NCBI GenBank assembly: GCA_043800255.1
Contig: JAZDNF010000013.1
Location: 64,001-128,000 of the forward strand
Length of the DNA: 64,000 bases
Source: Candidatus Altiarchaeota archaeon
GTDB taxonomy: Archaea; Altiarchaeota; Altiarchaeia; IMC4; SCGC-AAA252-I15
Direction: 5' to 3'
This document shows, in pieces, positions 37,209-47,789 of the stretch. The translations under genes and the position numbers were made by a program. How positions within the stretch are numbered: position 1 is the stretch's first letter; each line of letters begins with the position of its first letter. The notes beneath the pieces were generated by a model, which saw only the letters and a list, made by a program, of their open reading frames with translations, searched no databases and had not been told where the DNA came from.

Positions 37209-38177
37209 ATGGACGAGATTTATAGTCTGGTGGCAGTATTCGTGGTAGCTTTTGTTGCCACCTTTGGTTTGACGCGGAAGTTCATTCTCAGGTTTCATGC
37301 TGGCGGTTATGTGGTTAGTGACATGTATAAGCCTGATAAGCATGATGTTCCTACGATGGGGGGTATCGCGATTTTGGGGGGTGTTATGGTAAGTTTGATT
37401 GTCGCGCAGCTTCTTATCGAGTCGCATGAGTTTGTGGAGAAGCTGCTCATCTTCTATTTTATTGTGTTCATTTATGGCGTTTTCGGTTTGTTGGATGATC
37501 TTATCAAGATTAAGAGTCGTTGGAAGAGGGTCTATATTCCGTTGTTTCTTGCCCTGCCCATCGCCTTGTTGAATACTGGCGAGTATATTACTTTCTCACC
37601 ATTGGATTTTCAGCTGTATGTCGGTTGGCTTAAGCCGTATGTTATCGCCCCCCTTTATGTGATGGTTGTTGCGAACATGGTTAACATGCATGCGGGCTTT
37701 AACGGCTTGTCTGGGGGTCTTAGTTGGATTCTGATGTTCTTTGTCGGCTTGAAGGTCGTGTTGGATGGGAATGTTTCTCAGCTTAATTATCTTATGCCTA
37801 TTTTCGGCTCTCTTCTCGCGTTCATGTGGTATAACAAGTATCCTAGCAGGATTTTTTTGGGGAATTCTGGCACGATGATAACGGGCGTCGCTGTCGGCGG
37901 ATTGTTGGTTCTGTACAACATGGAAATCTTCGGACTTGTGATACTCTTGCCTCACATCTTCAACTTCCTCCTCTGGATTTACTGGCTCATGAACATGCAC
38001 GTCCACCCGCATGTGAAATTCGCCAGACTCCGCGAAGACGGCACAATAGAACCACCAAACAAACTCACGCTAAAGTACATAGTAACCCACTACTTCAGAG
38101 TAGGCGAACTCAGAGCAATACTAATACTGTACGGGATAACGACCGTGTTTGGAATCATTGGATTATTGTCAATGTGA
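37209..38177 (+). CDS. Polyprenyl-phosphate GlcNAc-1-phosphate transferase (MraY/GPT, AglH-like)
   Basis: DMYKP...PTMGG, GLLDD, NMVNMHAGFNGL, YPSRIFLGNSG. Confidence 0.88.
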   Translation: MDEIYSLVAVFVVAFVATFGLTRKFILRFHAGGYVVSDMYKPDKHDVPTMGGIAILGGVMVSLIVAQLLIESHEFVEKLLIFYFIVFIYGVFGLLDDLIKIKSRWKRVYIPLFLALPIALLNTGEYITFSPLDFQLYVGWLKPYVIAPLYVMVVANMVNMHAGFNGLSGGLSWILMFFVGLKVVLDGNVSQLNYLMPIFGSLLAFMWYNKYPSRIFLGNSGTMITGVAVGGLLVLYNMEIFGLVILLPHIFNFLLWIYWLMNMHVHPHVKFARLREDGTIEPPNKLTLKYIVTHYFRVGELRAILILYGITTVFGIIGLLSM

Positions 38178-38190
38178 ATTTATCGTTGAG

Positions 38191-39603
38191 ATGAGAATAG
38201 TTTTGATTAACCCCCCATTCACGGGGATTTATGGCAGATATAAATCAGCAGCTAGGTTAGCAGCAGTATATCCCCCGTTAGGATTGACTTATCTTGCTTC
38301 TACAGTGAGAGACCATGATGTTAGGATATTGGATATGGAAACAGAACGTATGGAGATTCCAGATGTTCTTGAAAAAATAAAAAAATTTAAACCTGATGTT
38401 GTAGGGGTAACTTCGACAACACCCGTTTACCAAAATGTAGTGGAGATACTCAAGAGAATAAAACAGTATGATGGGAGTATCATCACGCTTTGTGGGGGGT
38501 CACATATAACATCCCTACCAGATGAGACTCTAAATCTGTGTGAGGATATAGATATTGGAGTTATCGGAGAGGGGGAGATAACGTTTAGAGAGATTATAGA
38601 TTGCGTGGAGAGCGGGGAGGATTATTCTAATGTTGAGGGCACCAGTATTAGAAGCGGGAACATAGTTAGATTAAATAAGAATAGAAAGCTTATAGAGAAT
38701 TTGGATGGGATAAGATTCCCAAGTAGGGATCTGTTGGATTATAAAAAATATTTGTGGAGTGTGCCCCACAAGGGTTTTGTGCCAATAACAACGATTATGA
38801 CGTCTAGGGGCTGCCCATTCAAATGCATCTTCTGTTCTCAGAGGGTTATTTTTGGTGAAACGGTTAGATACCGGTCAGTTGATAATGTGATTAAAGAATT
38901 GAAGTTAGCTGTAGAGGAACAGAATATAAAGCATTTTATCTTCCTTGATGATACACTGGGACTGAATAAGAAACTCACTTATGAACTATGTGATAGAATA
39001 ATCAAGGAAGGACTCGATATAACTTGGGAGGGGACAACAAGAGCGGATGTTGCTACTAAAGAATTGCTTAAAAAGATGAGTGACGCGGGACTGAACAGGA
39101 TTTCATTTGGGGTTGAAAGTGGAAATCAACACATTCTAGATGCTGCAAAAAAAGGTACAAGATTAGAACAGATTAGGATGGCTTATGAGAATGCAACTAC
39201 TGTTGGTTTAGAAACGCGAATGTCAATAGTTCTTGGTTTGCCTTTTGAAACAAAGGAGACCATTGAGAGGACAATTAAGTTCATGAAATCGTTAAAATGT
39301 CAGCAGGCGTATGTTAATGTTGGAACACCCTTCCCAAAAACAGAGTATTGCTACATGGCTAAAAATGGATATGGCGGACTTAGATTATTGACTGATGACT
39401 GGAGTGAATATCGCAGATGGGGAAACGCTGTGATAGACGTAAATGACCTTTCTAAGGAGGATTTGATTAAATTTCAAAAAAAAGCTATGATCGAGTTTTA
39501 TCTTCAGCCAAGACGGATTCTCTACAATCTAAAACGTGCTGGAATCAAAGCAGCTATTAAGAATTCTATCAAGTTCGTAGAAAGCTTTTTTATATCCTCG
39601 TAG
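38191..39603 (+). CDS. B12-binding radical SAM protein
   Basis: PPLGLTYLAS cobalamin-binding N-domain; SRGCPFKCIFC. Confidence 0.9.
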   Translation: MRIVLINPPFTGIYGRYKSAARLAAVYPPLGLTYLASTVRDHDVRILDMETERMEIPDVLEKIKKFKPDVVGVTSTTPVYQNVVEILKRIKQYDGSIITLCGGSHITSLPDETLNLCEDIDIGVIGEGEITFREIIDCVESGEDYSNVEGTSIRSGNIVRLNKNRKLIENLDGIRFPSRDLLDYKKYLWSVPHKGFVPITTIMTSRGCPFKCIFCSQRVIFGETVRYRSVDNVIKELKLAVEEQNIKHFIFLDDTLGLNKKLTYELCDRIIKEGLDITWEGTTRADVATKELLKKMSDAGLNRISFGVESGNQHILDAAKKGTRLEQIRMAYENATTVGLETRMSIVLGLPFETKETIERTIKFMKSLKCQQAYVNVGTPFPKTEYCYMAKNGYGGLRLLTDDWSEYRRWGNAVIDVNDLSKEDLIKFQKKAMIEFYLQPRRILYNLKRAGIKAAIKNSIKFVESFFISS

Positions 39604-39608
39604 AGTGA

Positions 39609-40571
39609 CTATGTTTTCCGATTCTTTCTAGTTTCATAAAGAATCTCATCCAGCATCCTCCTGTGCCTGTCTAGCATGTCAACTATGAAACTGAGGATTA
39701 GGAATACGAATCCAAGTACCATCGACAATCCAGCTAAAGTGACCAGTGACCTGTAGGGGTGTACAAGACCGGTAAAAATCCACCGAATGAAAAGTAGGGC
39801 ATTAATGAATGAACCTAAGAAGAGGAATGCCAGGCCTATTGATCCAAAGAATAGTATCGGACTATAATCTCGTGCAGTTTGGATCAATATGGTTGATGCC
39901 TTTAGACCATATAGTAGAACATTATCCGCTATTTTTGATTTGCCGAATTTTCTCGCACTAACAGTACAGGGGATTTCGATAATCTTGAATCCTTTTTTAG
40001 CCAGGGTTATTATTACCTCCTGAGTATACGTGTGAGTCCCAAAAGAGTTTATGTTAAGAGCCGCTTCACGTGAATATACCCTAAAGCCGCACTGAGCATC
40101 GAAGAACTTTTGATGAGTTAGATAGTTTACTAGGTGTGTGAAAAGTTTATTCCCAATTTTCTTAGTTAACGGCATTTTTGGCTCTAACTCCTTATCCAAA
40201 AATCGTGAGCCTAGGACCACATCAGCATCACTATACAACAGATTTTTCAATAGAATCGGTATCTCTGTGGGATTAAATTGCCCATCTGCATCTAATGTGA
40301 CTATGAAATCTGCGCCCATCGAAAGAGCCTTTTGTATCCCATCTGAGAAGGAGTTTCCAAGGCCCATGTTTCTGGAATGCTGTATGATAACATCAGCACC
40401 AGCCTCCTGAGACACTTTTTGAGTATTATCTGTTGAACCATCATCCACCACTAGGACTTCTATCTCGGATATCCCTTCTATTTTTCGTGGGATTTCTTTG
40501 ATTACATTACCAATAGTTTGTTCTTCGTTGAATGCAGGTATAACAACTACTAGTTTTGTTTTAGTATACAT
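39609..40571 (-). CDS. GT2 polyprenyl-phosphate sugar synthase-like glycosyltransferase
   Basis: IPAFNEE, VDDGSTD, DADGQ, GSRF, DAQCGFR; two C-terminal TMs. Confidence 0.9.
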   Translation of the reverse strand: MYTKTKLVVVIPAFNEEQTIGNVIKEIPRKIEGISEIEVLVVDDGSTDNTQKVSQEAGADVIIQHSRNMGLGNSFSDGIQKALSMGADFIVTLDADGQFNPTEIPILLKNLLYSDADVVLGSRFLDKELEPKMPLTKKIGNKLFTHLVNYLTHQKFFDAQCGFRVYSREAALNINSFGTHTYTQEVIITLAKKGFKIIEIPCTVSARKFGKSKIADNVLLYGLKASTILIQTARDYSPILFFGSIGLAFLFLGSFINALLFIRWIFTGLVHPYRSLVTLAGLSMVLGFVFLILSFIVDMLDRHRRMLDEILYETRKNRKT

Positions 40572-42069
40572 CTCTTAGTACCTCGTAGACAGAATAGTGA
40601 TCATCTAATGAATATCTCTCTCTAAATCTATTTCGATTCGATTTTAAAATATCTTTATAAGCTAGGTTGGCATCGGGGCTATAATACCCTCCCAATACGA
40701 TATACATCCCACAGGTTATATTTGATCTTTTTATTGCTTCCAAAGAGTATTCTGAGAAGTCAATTGATTTTCTATCGGAGTAAAGATACATGTAAAATGG
40801 TCGATCAGATATCACAATGTCACTTTCATTCGTGTTCTCTTGAATCCATTTTGCAAGAGTTATGTAGTTTTCTGTCGAGTCTGGATTTTTAGACTTGTGA
40901 TTCACTACAGATAAAGTTATCGAAAACCCTAACGCTGAGACAATTATAAGTAAGAGTATGATTTCATAAAGCAGCATCGATGCAACCTTTTGATTCAGTA
41001 TTTTTATACTCCTTAAACCGCTAATAAAGTAGATTATGAAAAACAGTAATACAGGTAGTAGAAGTCGACCATTACCCGTTACCCTGTGCTCGATTATTAT
41101 GCTAACCAAGTAGACGATAGTGATTATCTCAAATAGAGTTATGTTTTTCTTTGCAGTAGTGTATAGACCGTACGACATAACAATGCTTATCAAACATCCA
41201 GAGACAAGTAATAGATTGTTAAGGGAGAGTAACGGTAGACTAAATGAGATTGACATTGGGTAAAGGTATACTAAAAGATTGAACAAAGGGAACAAATTTA
41301 GGGGTACATAATAAAAGAAGTAGCCTATAAACCTCTCTAGCAGTATTCTGAAAAAATCGAGGGATAAGATGCCTCCTTCAGGTCCAAACTCATTGAGATC
41401 TATGGTAGGATTTGAATAATAGTTATGGGTATAAATGAGGTAGACTACAAAGAGAAGGACTAGCGCTCCAAATATGACCGCCTCCCTCGATTGTTTTTTA
41501 CCAATCGAGTACAAGAGCATTACAGTTAGTACAACTATCCCGACAATCCTAGTAAAAAGAAGAGGAATGAGAAAGAACAAAGAGTATATAAAATACCGTC
41601 TATCATTGGAGTTCTGATGTTGGTAGGTTAATGCCATAAACGTCAGGAAAAAGAAGAGGTAGGGTACGTCCGTCAGTATCTTTCGGGAATATATCATAAA
41701 CATAGGGCTGAGCGCCATTATGATAGTCGCGTATATTGCAACTCTCTCATCGAAAAATCTTCTAGAGATGAAGTAGATGATAGGTAGAGTTGCTATTGCA
41801 AAGAGAACAGTAATTAGCCTAGCAACAGAGTAACTGCCATTTGCAAACCAGAATACTGGAACAAGGATGATGGGATAAACTGGCAAAACCTGTTTCTCGA
41901 AGGGGTTAGCTGGGTGGGATATAAGCCGATAACCATTTTCTATGGATAGCGATTTAGCGAGCACTAAGTAGTAACCAGTATCTGGTTCAGCATATTCTAT
42001 CCCATTTATTGAGTATAGATAGAGTAGAGAAATGATAGCAAACACCACGAACACAACATATTTTCTCAT
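40561..42069 (-). CDS. GT-C fold (ArnT/PMT-like) membrane glycosyltransferase
   Basis: D..YY..LAKSL, P.YP, ILTDVPY, about 12 TM helices, GR.LLP. Confidence 0.75.
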   Translation of the reverse strand: MRKYVVFVVFAIISLLYLYSINGIEYAEPDTGYYLVLAKSLSIENGYRLISHPANPFEKQVLPVYPIILVPVFWFANGSYSVARLITVLFAIATLPIIYFISRRFFDERVAIYATIIMALSPMFMIYSRKILTDVPYLFFFLTFMALTYQHQNSNDRRYFIYSLFFLIPLLFTRIVGIVVLTVMLLYSIGKKQSREAVIFGALVLLFVVYLIYTHNYYSNPTIDLNEFGPEGGILSLDFFRILLERFIGYFFYYVPLNLFPLFNLLVYLYPMSISFSLPLLSLNNLLLVSGCLISIVMSYGLYTTAKKNITLFEIITIVYLVSIIIEHRVTGNGRLLLPVLLFFIIYFISGLRSIKILNQKVASMLLYEIILLLIIVSALGFSITLSVVNHKSKNPDSTENYITLAKWIQENTNESDIVISDRPFYMYLYSDRKSIDFSEYSLEAIKRSNITCGMYIVLGGYYSPDANLAYKDILKSNRNRFRERYSLDDHYSVYEVLRDVY

Positions 42070-42134
42070 TTTAAAGGTTAATTATAGATATATTAGCCTC
42101 CCATATAAGTTTAATGTTTTACTCTCGCCAGTAA

Positions 42135-42320
42135 CCTGCTCTAGATTTAGTGGCTGATGAACATGCATGTCTACCCGCACGTGAAATTCGCAAAACTCCG
42201 CGAAGACGGCACAATAGAACCGCCGAACAAACTAACGCTAAAGTACATTGTAACACACTACTTCAGAGTGGGGGGTCAGGGTCATAATTGTATTGTATAG
42301 CATAACAACGATTTTCGATA
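42135..42320 (+). pseudogene. Decayed second copy of the 3' end of the AglH-like gene (37967-38155)
   Basis: WLMNMHVYPHVKFAKLREDGTIEPPNKLTLKYIVTHYFRVG versus WLMNMHVHPHVKFARLREDGTIEPPNKLTLKYIVTHYFRVG; upstream TAG nonsense codons, downstream frameshift. Confidence 0.9.
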
Positions 42321-42403
42321 CTAGTGGTGGTGTTTGTACCTTAGGATATTGTTTTTTACTATTATTTGACATATTTAGAGTATACTCGGACTGTATATAG
42401 AAC

Positions 42404-43528
42404 ATGGAAATCTGCTCAAGATGTGTTTTAGACACCACTGTTCCTGAGATACAATTCGATGAGAATGGAGTCTGCCAGTACTGTAAAATCCACGATGAGA
42501 TGGAGAAAATCTACCCACTTGGTGCGGAGGGGAAAATTAAGTTGGATAGGATTGTTGAGAAGATTAAGCGGAAGGGGAGGGGCGGAGAGCATGACTGTAT
42601 TGTCGGGGTTAGCGGTGGCCGGGACAGCACGTATACTCTCTATTTGGCAAAAAAGTTGGGTCTCAGGCCATTGGCTGTACACTTTGACAACGGTTGGAAT
42701 TCTGAGATAGCTGTCCGCAATATCCAGAGGGCAACAACTAAACTTGGTGTGGACTTGCATACTGTCGTAGCAGACTGGGAGGAGTTCAAAGACCTTCAGA
42801 TATCATTCCTGAAAGCTTCGGTACCCGATGCAGAAGTGCCAACAGACTGGGCTATATACTCAGTGTTGTTTAAAGTAGCCTCTGAAGAGAACATAAAGTA
42901 TGTCCTGCAGGGGCACTCATTCCGTACTGAGGGAACATCCCCCATAGGGTGGACGTATATGGATGGCAAGTACATCAACAGCGTCCAGAAGAGATTCGGA
43001 ACGAAGAAGATCACAAGCTTTCCAATTATGACGATGCCACATCTCGTGTATTACATGTTCGTAATGAAAATCAAGGAGGTTCGCCCTCTTGAGTATGTGA
43101 AATACAATCAGAAAGAGATTAACAAAATCCTGGAGAAGGAATTGGGTTGGGAGTACTACGGCGGCCACCATCATGAGTCCACGTATACTCACTTCTTTCA
43201 GTCATATATTCTCCCGAAAAAATTCAACATTGACAAGAGGAAGACGGAATACTCTGCGCTTGTTCGTTCGGGCCAGATGGGGAGGGAGGACGCCATTAGT
43301 GAGATAAGAGACCATCTCTATCCTGAGAATCCTGAGCTCATAGACTATTGCACGAAGAAACTCGGGCTAAGCCTAGAGGAGTTTGAGGCTATCATGGCTA
43401 AGCCTCCGAAAAGCTTCGGAGACTATCCCACGTACCATCCTTTGATACAATCGACGAGGATCCTGATAAGGATAGCATGTGATTTTCACTTGTTGCCGAG
43501 GATATTATATCTGAAGTATGCACTATAG
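42404..43528 (+). CDS. N-acetyl sugar amidotransferase (WbuX/AglX-like)
   Basis: CSRCV, CQYC, PP-loop GVSGGRDS, HFDNGWNS; followed by HisH and HisF homologs. Confidence 0.88.
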   Translation: MEICSRCVLDTTVPEIQFDENGVCQYCKIHDEMEKIYPLGAEGKIKLDRIVEKIKRKGRGGEHDCIVGVSGGRDSTYTLYLAKKLGLRPLAVHFDNGWNSEIAVRNIQRATTKLGVDLHTVVADWEEFKDLQISFLKASVPDAEVPTDWAIYSVLFKVASEENIKYVLQGHSFRTEGTSPIGWTYMDGKYINSVQKRFGTKKITSFPIMTMPHLVYYMFVMKIKEVRPLEYVKYNQKEINKILEKELGWEYYGGHHHESTYTHFFQSYILPKKFNIDKRKTEYSALVRSGQMGREDAISEIRDHLYPENPELIDYCTKKLGLSLEEFEAIMAKPPKSFGDYPTYHPLIQSTRILIRIACDFHLLPRILYLKYAL

Positions 43529-43537
43529 GAGGAGGAG

Positions 43538-44152
43538 ATGATCGTTATAGTGGATTATGGTGTTGGTAACCTGAGTTCTGTCTCCCATAAGATGGGTAAA
43601 CTCAAAATTGACGCAATAATCTCCGATGACGTTAAAACGTTGATGGATGCGGACAAGATTATCCTGCCGGGTGTGGGGTCATTCGCTGCAGGTATGGGAA
43701 ACTTAAGAGAGCTGGGACTAATCGAGATTTTAAAGAGAAAAGTTGTGGAGGAGAGAACTCCCATCCTAGGCATATGTTTGGGGATGCAACTTTTTTCCAA
43801 ACACAGTGAAGAAGGCGACGCGGATGGCCTGGGTTGGGTTGATTGTGAGACAAAAAAGTTCGTCTTCGACGATGGCAAGAAACTTCGAGTGCCGCATGTT
43901 GGTTGGAACACGCTTAGTGTGGTTAAAGACAGCCCCCTATTGGATTCTGTTCCGGCTGACATGACGTTTTATTTCACGCATTCCTATCACCTGAGTTGCA
44001 GAGAAAAGGATATTCTTATAGCCACTACAGCGTATGGTTATGATTTTCCTTCGGTGATTCAAAAGGACAATATATTTGGAGTTCAATTTCACCCGGAAAA
44101 AAGCCATAAAAGAGGCATGCAAATAATAAAGAATTTTGTTGATTTGATATGA
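43538..44152 (+). CDS. HisH-like glutamine amidotransferase (WbuY/AglY-like)
   Basis: DYGVGN, LPGVGSF, GICLGMQ, QFHPEKS. Confidence 0.92.
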   Translation: MIVIVDYGVGNLSSVSHKMGKLKIDAIISDDVKTLMDADKIILPGVGSFAAGMGNLRELGLIEILKRKVVEERTPILGICLGMQLFSKHSEEGDADGLGWVDCETKKFVFDDGKKLRVPHVGWNTLSVVKDSPLLDSVPADMTFYFTHSYHLSCREKDILIATTAYGYDFPSVIQKDNIFGVQFHPEKSHKRGMQIIKNFVDLI

Positions 44153-44925
44153 TGACACCCAGAGTAATCCCTGCCCTGCTCTTGAAAGGGACGGGTCTTG
44201 TGAAAGGGATTAATTTTAAGAATCACAGATACGTTGGAGATCCTATAAACGCGGTGAGGATTTTCAACACTAAGGAGGTAGATGAACTCGTCTTCCTTGA
44301 CATTTCTGCCACGCAGGAGGGCAGGACTATCAGTCTGGACGTTGTCAGCCAGATTGCGGACGAATGTTACATGCCTTTCGCCGTTGGCGGGGGTATCAAC
44401 TCTGTCGAACAGATTAGAAGATTGCTGTACGCGGGAGCCGAAAAAGTCTGCATTAACACGGCAGCAATTGAAAATCCCGAATTGATTGAAAAAGCGTCGC
44501 AGATTTTTGGAAGTCAGAGCATCGTAGTATCGATAGACGTCAAACATAAACTCTTTAGAGGTTATGATACAGTAGTTCGCAGCGGTTCTAAATCAATTGA
44601 CCGTGATCCTGTTGACATGGCTGCTGAGGTTGAGAAGTTAGGTGCGGGCGAGATTTTACTAACTTCCATTGACAGAGAGGGGACTATGGAAGGCTACGAT
44701 ACTGAGATTATAAAACAAGTCTCTGACGTAGTTAATATACCTGTAATCGCCTGCGGCGGCGCGGGAAAATTACAGGACCTGTCTGATGCAATCACTATTG
44801 GAAACGCTTCAGCTGTCGCAGCAGGCAGCTTTTTCGTATTCCACGGTAAAAGACGTGCAGTACTAATTAATTTCCCTTCTAAGGAGGAGCTTGAGAGACT
44901 TTTTAATCAGGAAAGAGTAACATGA
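44149..44925 (+). CDS. HisF-like cyclase subunit (WbuZ/AglZ-like)
   Basis: YVGDPINAVRIFN, SIDREGT, AAGSFFVF; glycan-locus context. Confidence 0.9.
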   Translation: MMTPRVIPALLLKGTGLVKGINFKNHRYVGDPINAVRIFNTKEVDELVFLDISATQEGRTISLDVVSQIADECYMPFAVGGGINSVEQIRRLLYAGAEKVCINTAAIENPELIEKASQIFGSQSIVVSIDVKHKLFRGYDTVVRSGSKSIDRDPVDMAAEVEKLGAGEILLTSIDREGTMEGYDTEIIKQVSDVVNIPVIACGGAGKLQDLSDAITIGNASAVAAGSFFVFHGKRRAVLINFPSKEELERLFNQERVT

Positions 44926-45944
44926 AAATCTTAGTAGATATAGGCCACCCAGCGCACGTACATTATTTCAAGAATTTTATTTGGTTAATGCAGAAAAAAG
45001 GTCATGAGTTTCTATTCACTGCAAGGGAGAGGCCAAACGTTTTCGACTTGCTTCGTGCGTACAATTTTGAGTATGTGAGCCGAGGCAAAGGCGCATCTAA
45101 TCTTCTGGGGAAGATAGCGTACATCCCAAAGGCGGATTTTCTGATCTATAAAACGGCAAAGAAATTCAAGGCAGACCGGTTTATGAGTTTCAGCTCCATG
45201 TATGCTGCCCAAGCTTCTAAGATGCTAGGCAAACCCTGCATCACCTTTGACGATACGGAACACTCGACATTAGAGCATAGACTGTACGCTCCATTCTCGG
45301 ATATAATCTGCACTCCAACTTGTTTTAGAAAGGATTTTGGACAAAAGCATGTGCGCTTCAACGGTTATATGGAACTTTGTTATCTCCACCCCAGATACTT
45401 TAAGCCGAATCCTGCTGTGCTGGAGGAAGTAAACCTCGACCAGGAGGATAAGTTCTTTATCCTCAGATTTGTCTCCTGGAAGGCTGGGCATGATGTTGGA
45501 CAAAAAGGCTTCAGCGTGGAGGCGAAACTAAAGCTTATAAAAGAGATGGAGAAACATGGTAGAGTCCTAATATCCTCTGAGGAACAACTATCAAAAGATT
45601 TGGAAAAATACAGGGCACCAATTACTCCCGAGAAGATGCATGATTTATTGTACTATGCGACAATGTTCGTAGGTGAGGGAGCAACAATGGCAAGCGAATC
45701 AGCAGTATTAGGAACACCTTCGATCTACGTCAACACACTAAATCTCAGTTACCTGGAAGAGCAGGAGGAGAGGTATGGATTAACATATAATTTCTCAGAA
45801 GCCACTCCAGCGCTGGAAAAAATAATTGAATTGCTCAAAAACAATAATTTGAAAGGAGAGTGGCAAAAGAGGAGGGAGAAACTAATAAAGGAAAAAATCG
45901 ACGTGACAGAGTGGATGGTAGAATTCGTTGAGAATTTCAGGTGA
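44922..45944 (+). CDS. DUF354-family protein (GT-B-like)
   Basis: DIGHPAHVH.FK, FDDTEH, GEGATMASESAVLGTP. Confidence 0.8.
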   Translation: MKILVDIGHPAHVHYFKNFIWLMQKKGHEFLFTARERPNVFDLLRAYNFEYVSRGKGASNLLGKIAYIPKADFLIYKTAKKFKADRFMSFSSMYAAQASKMLGKPCITFDDTEHSTLEHRLYAPFSDIICTPTCFRKDFGQKHVRFNGYMELCYLHPRYFKPNPAVLEEVNLDQEDKFFILRFVSWKAGHDVGQKGFSVEAKLKLIKEMEKHGRVLISSEEQLSKDLEKYRAPITPEKMHDLLYYATMFVGEGATMASESAVLGTPSIYVNTLNLSYLEEQEERYGLTYNFSEATPALEKIIELLKNNNLKGEWQKRREKLIKEKIDVTEWMVEFVENFR

Positions 45945-45950
45945 GATTAG

Positions 45951-47789
45951 ATGTGTGGTATTTGCGGATTTAATTGGACTGGCAACGAAAAAATCAGGCT
46001 GATGATGGAAAAACTCCACCATCGAGGACCAGATGATGACGGAGTTCTCGCAGGTAGGAATGTAACGCTTGGGCACAGGAGATTATCGATAATAGACTTG
46101 TCTGAACTGGGACATCAACCGATGAATGACTCGGCTGGCAGGTACACAATCGTCTATAATGGAGAGGTATACAATTTTGAGGAATTACGAGAATCCCTCA
46201 AGAGGAGAGGGTATAAGTTTGTCTCAGACACAGATACGGAGGTAGTTCTCTACGCATATATCGAATATGGAGAAAAATCTCTGGACATGTTCAATGGCAT
46301 GTTTGCATTTTGCATATACGATCGAGAAAAAGATAGTTTATTCTTAGCCAGAGACAGATTCGGCATCAAACCGTTGTACTACTTTTTCGATGGTACGCGA
46401 TTCATTTTCTCGTCGGAGATTCCCGCAATACTAGTACATGACATCAAAACAAAACCTAACAAAAGGGTTATCAGAGATTTCCTTTTGTACGATATAACCG
46501 ACCACACTGATGAAACATTCTTTGAAGGCATTAGGATATTCCCAAAAGGTCATTGCGCAACGTTTAACCTTAACGCTAATAAACTGAAGATAAAAAAGTG
46601 GTGGGTGAATGATTTCTCAAGAAAATCTAATATAGAGTACAATACCGCTGTCAACGAATTTAGAGAGCTTCTAAGGGACTCCGTGAACATCAGACTTATC
46701 AGCGACGTTCCTGTGGGAACGTGCCTGAGCGGGGGTATTGATTCTTCAGCTATCGCCTGTCTGATAAACGATTCCAAGAAAACAGAGATAACAACATTCT
46801 CAGCGGTTTTCCCAGGATTTAGTAGGGATGAATCACACTACATGGACACGGTTTGTGGTGTAACCGGTATGAAGAATGAACGAACATATCCAACTGCCGA
46901 AACCATACGAGACGATCTGTTTGAATTCGTGAAAGCTCATGGCGAACCGGTACCTGGGCCGGCACCGTACTCATCCTACTGCGTGTTCAAACTAGCGAAA
47001 AACGATAACGTCACTGTCCTCCTTAATGGGCAGGGTGCGGATGAACTACTGGCAGGGTATCATTATTTTTATGGATTCTATCTGAAAGGCCTGCTAAAAA
47101 GATTGGCACTTAAACGCTTCTTGTTTGAACTTCTCAGCCTACTACACAGTCGTGAATCCAAACTCGCCCTTCTATCTCTGATATATCTCAACATGCCCAG
47201 AAGACTGCAACGTAACTACTTTGCAAGAAAATCGAATATTAACAAGAACCTTTTAAAGGCAAGAGGGACTGATTTTTTTGAAAAATATTATTCATGTTCC
47301 AACCTCAAAGATACACTTAAGTTCCATATCGAACATAAACTGGAACACCTGTTGAAATGGGAAGACCGCAACTCAATGGCTCACTCAAGAGAGGCTAGGG
47401 TACCATTCTTAGATTATCGAATTGTAAAATTTATACAACGAATGCCTGAGGAGTATATAATACGCATGGGTCTGACAAAATCCATCCTAAGAGATGCTAT
47501 GCGGGAGGTGATTCCCAGCTTAATATTGGATAGAAAAGACAAGATAGGTTTCGACACGCCTGAAGATGAGTGGCTCAGAGAGGAGAACATGAAGAACCTT
47601 GTATATAACCTCTTTGTTGACAACGACCCGGCAAGTATTGACTATATAGACATCAAGAAAACTAGAGCAATCATAGCCAACCACACCTCAAAAAAAGTCA
47701 ATGAGGGTAGGATGCTATGGAGAACCCTCTTCCTTGAGATGTGGTTAAAGACATTCTTTAGCGATAAAAGGGGGTATGATATAAGATGA
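45951..47789 (+). CDS. asnB: Asparagine synthase-like glutamine-hydrolysing amidotransferase
   Basis: MCGICG, HRGPD, HRRLSIIDL, LSGGIDSS, GQGADE; probably modifies the glycan. Confidence 0.9.
   Translation: MCGICGFNWTGNEKIRLMMEKLHHRGPDDDGVLAGRNVTLGHRRLSIIDLSELGHQPMNDSAGRYTIVYNGEVYNFEELRESLKRRGYKFVSDTDTEVVLYAYIEYGEKSLDMFNGMFAFCIYDREKDSLFLARDRFGIKPLYYFFDGTRFIFSSEIPAILVHDIKTKPNKRVIRDFLLYDITDHTDETFFEGIRIFPKGHCATFNLNANKLKIKKWWVNDFSRKSNIEYNTAVNEFRELLRDSVNIRLISDVPVGTCLSGGIDSSAIACLINDSKKTEITTFSAVFPGFSRDESHYMDTVCGVTGMKNERTYPTAETIRDDLFEFVKAHGEPVPGPAPYSSYCVFKLAKNDNVTVLLNGQGADELLAGYHYFYGFYLKGLLKRLALKRFLFELLSLLHSRESKLALLSLIYLNMPRRLQRNYFARKSNINKNLLKARGTDFFEKYYSCSNLKDTLKFHIEHKLEHLLKWEDRNSMAHSREARVPFLDYRIVKFIQRMPEEYIIRMGLTKSILRDAMREVIPSLILDRKDKIGFDTPEDEWLREENMKNLVYNLFVDNDPASIDYIDIKKTRAIIANHTSKKVNEGRMLWRTLFLEMWLKTFFSDKRGYDIR

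Noticed and set aside
43538-44925. hisH/hisF as histidine biosynthesis genes
   Set aside because: They follow an N-acetyl sugar amidotransferase in a glycan locus, and the HisF has the GDPINAV..FN variant signature; no other his genes are present.
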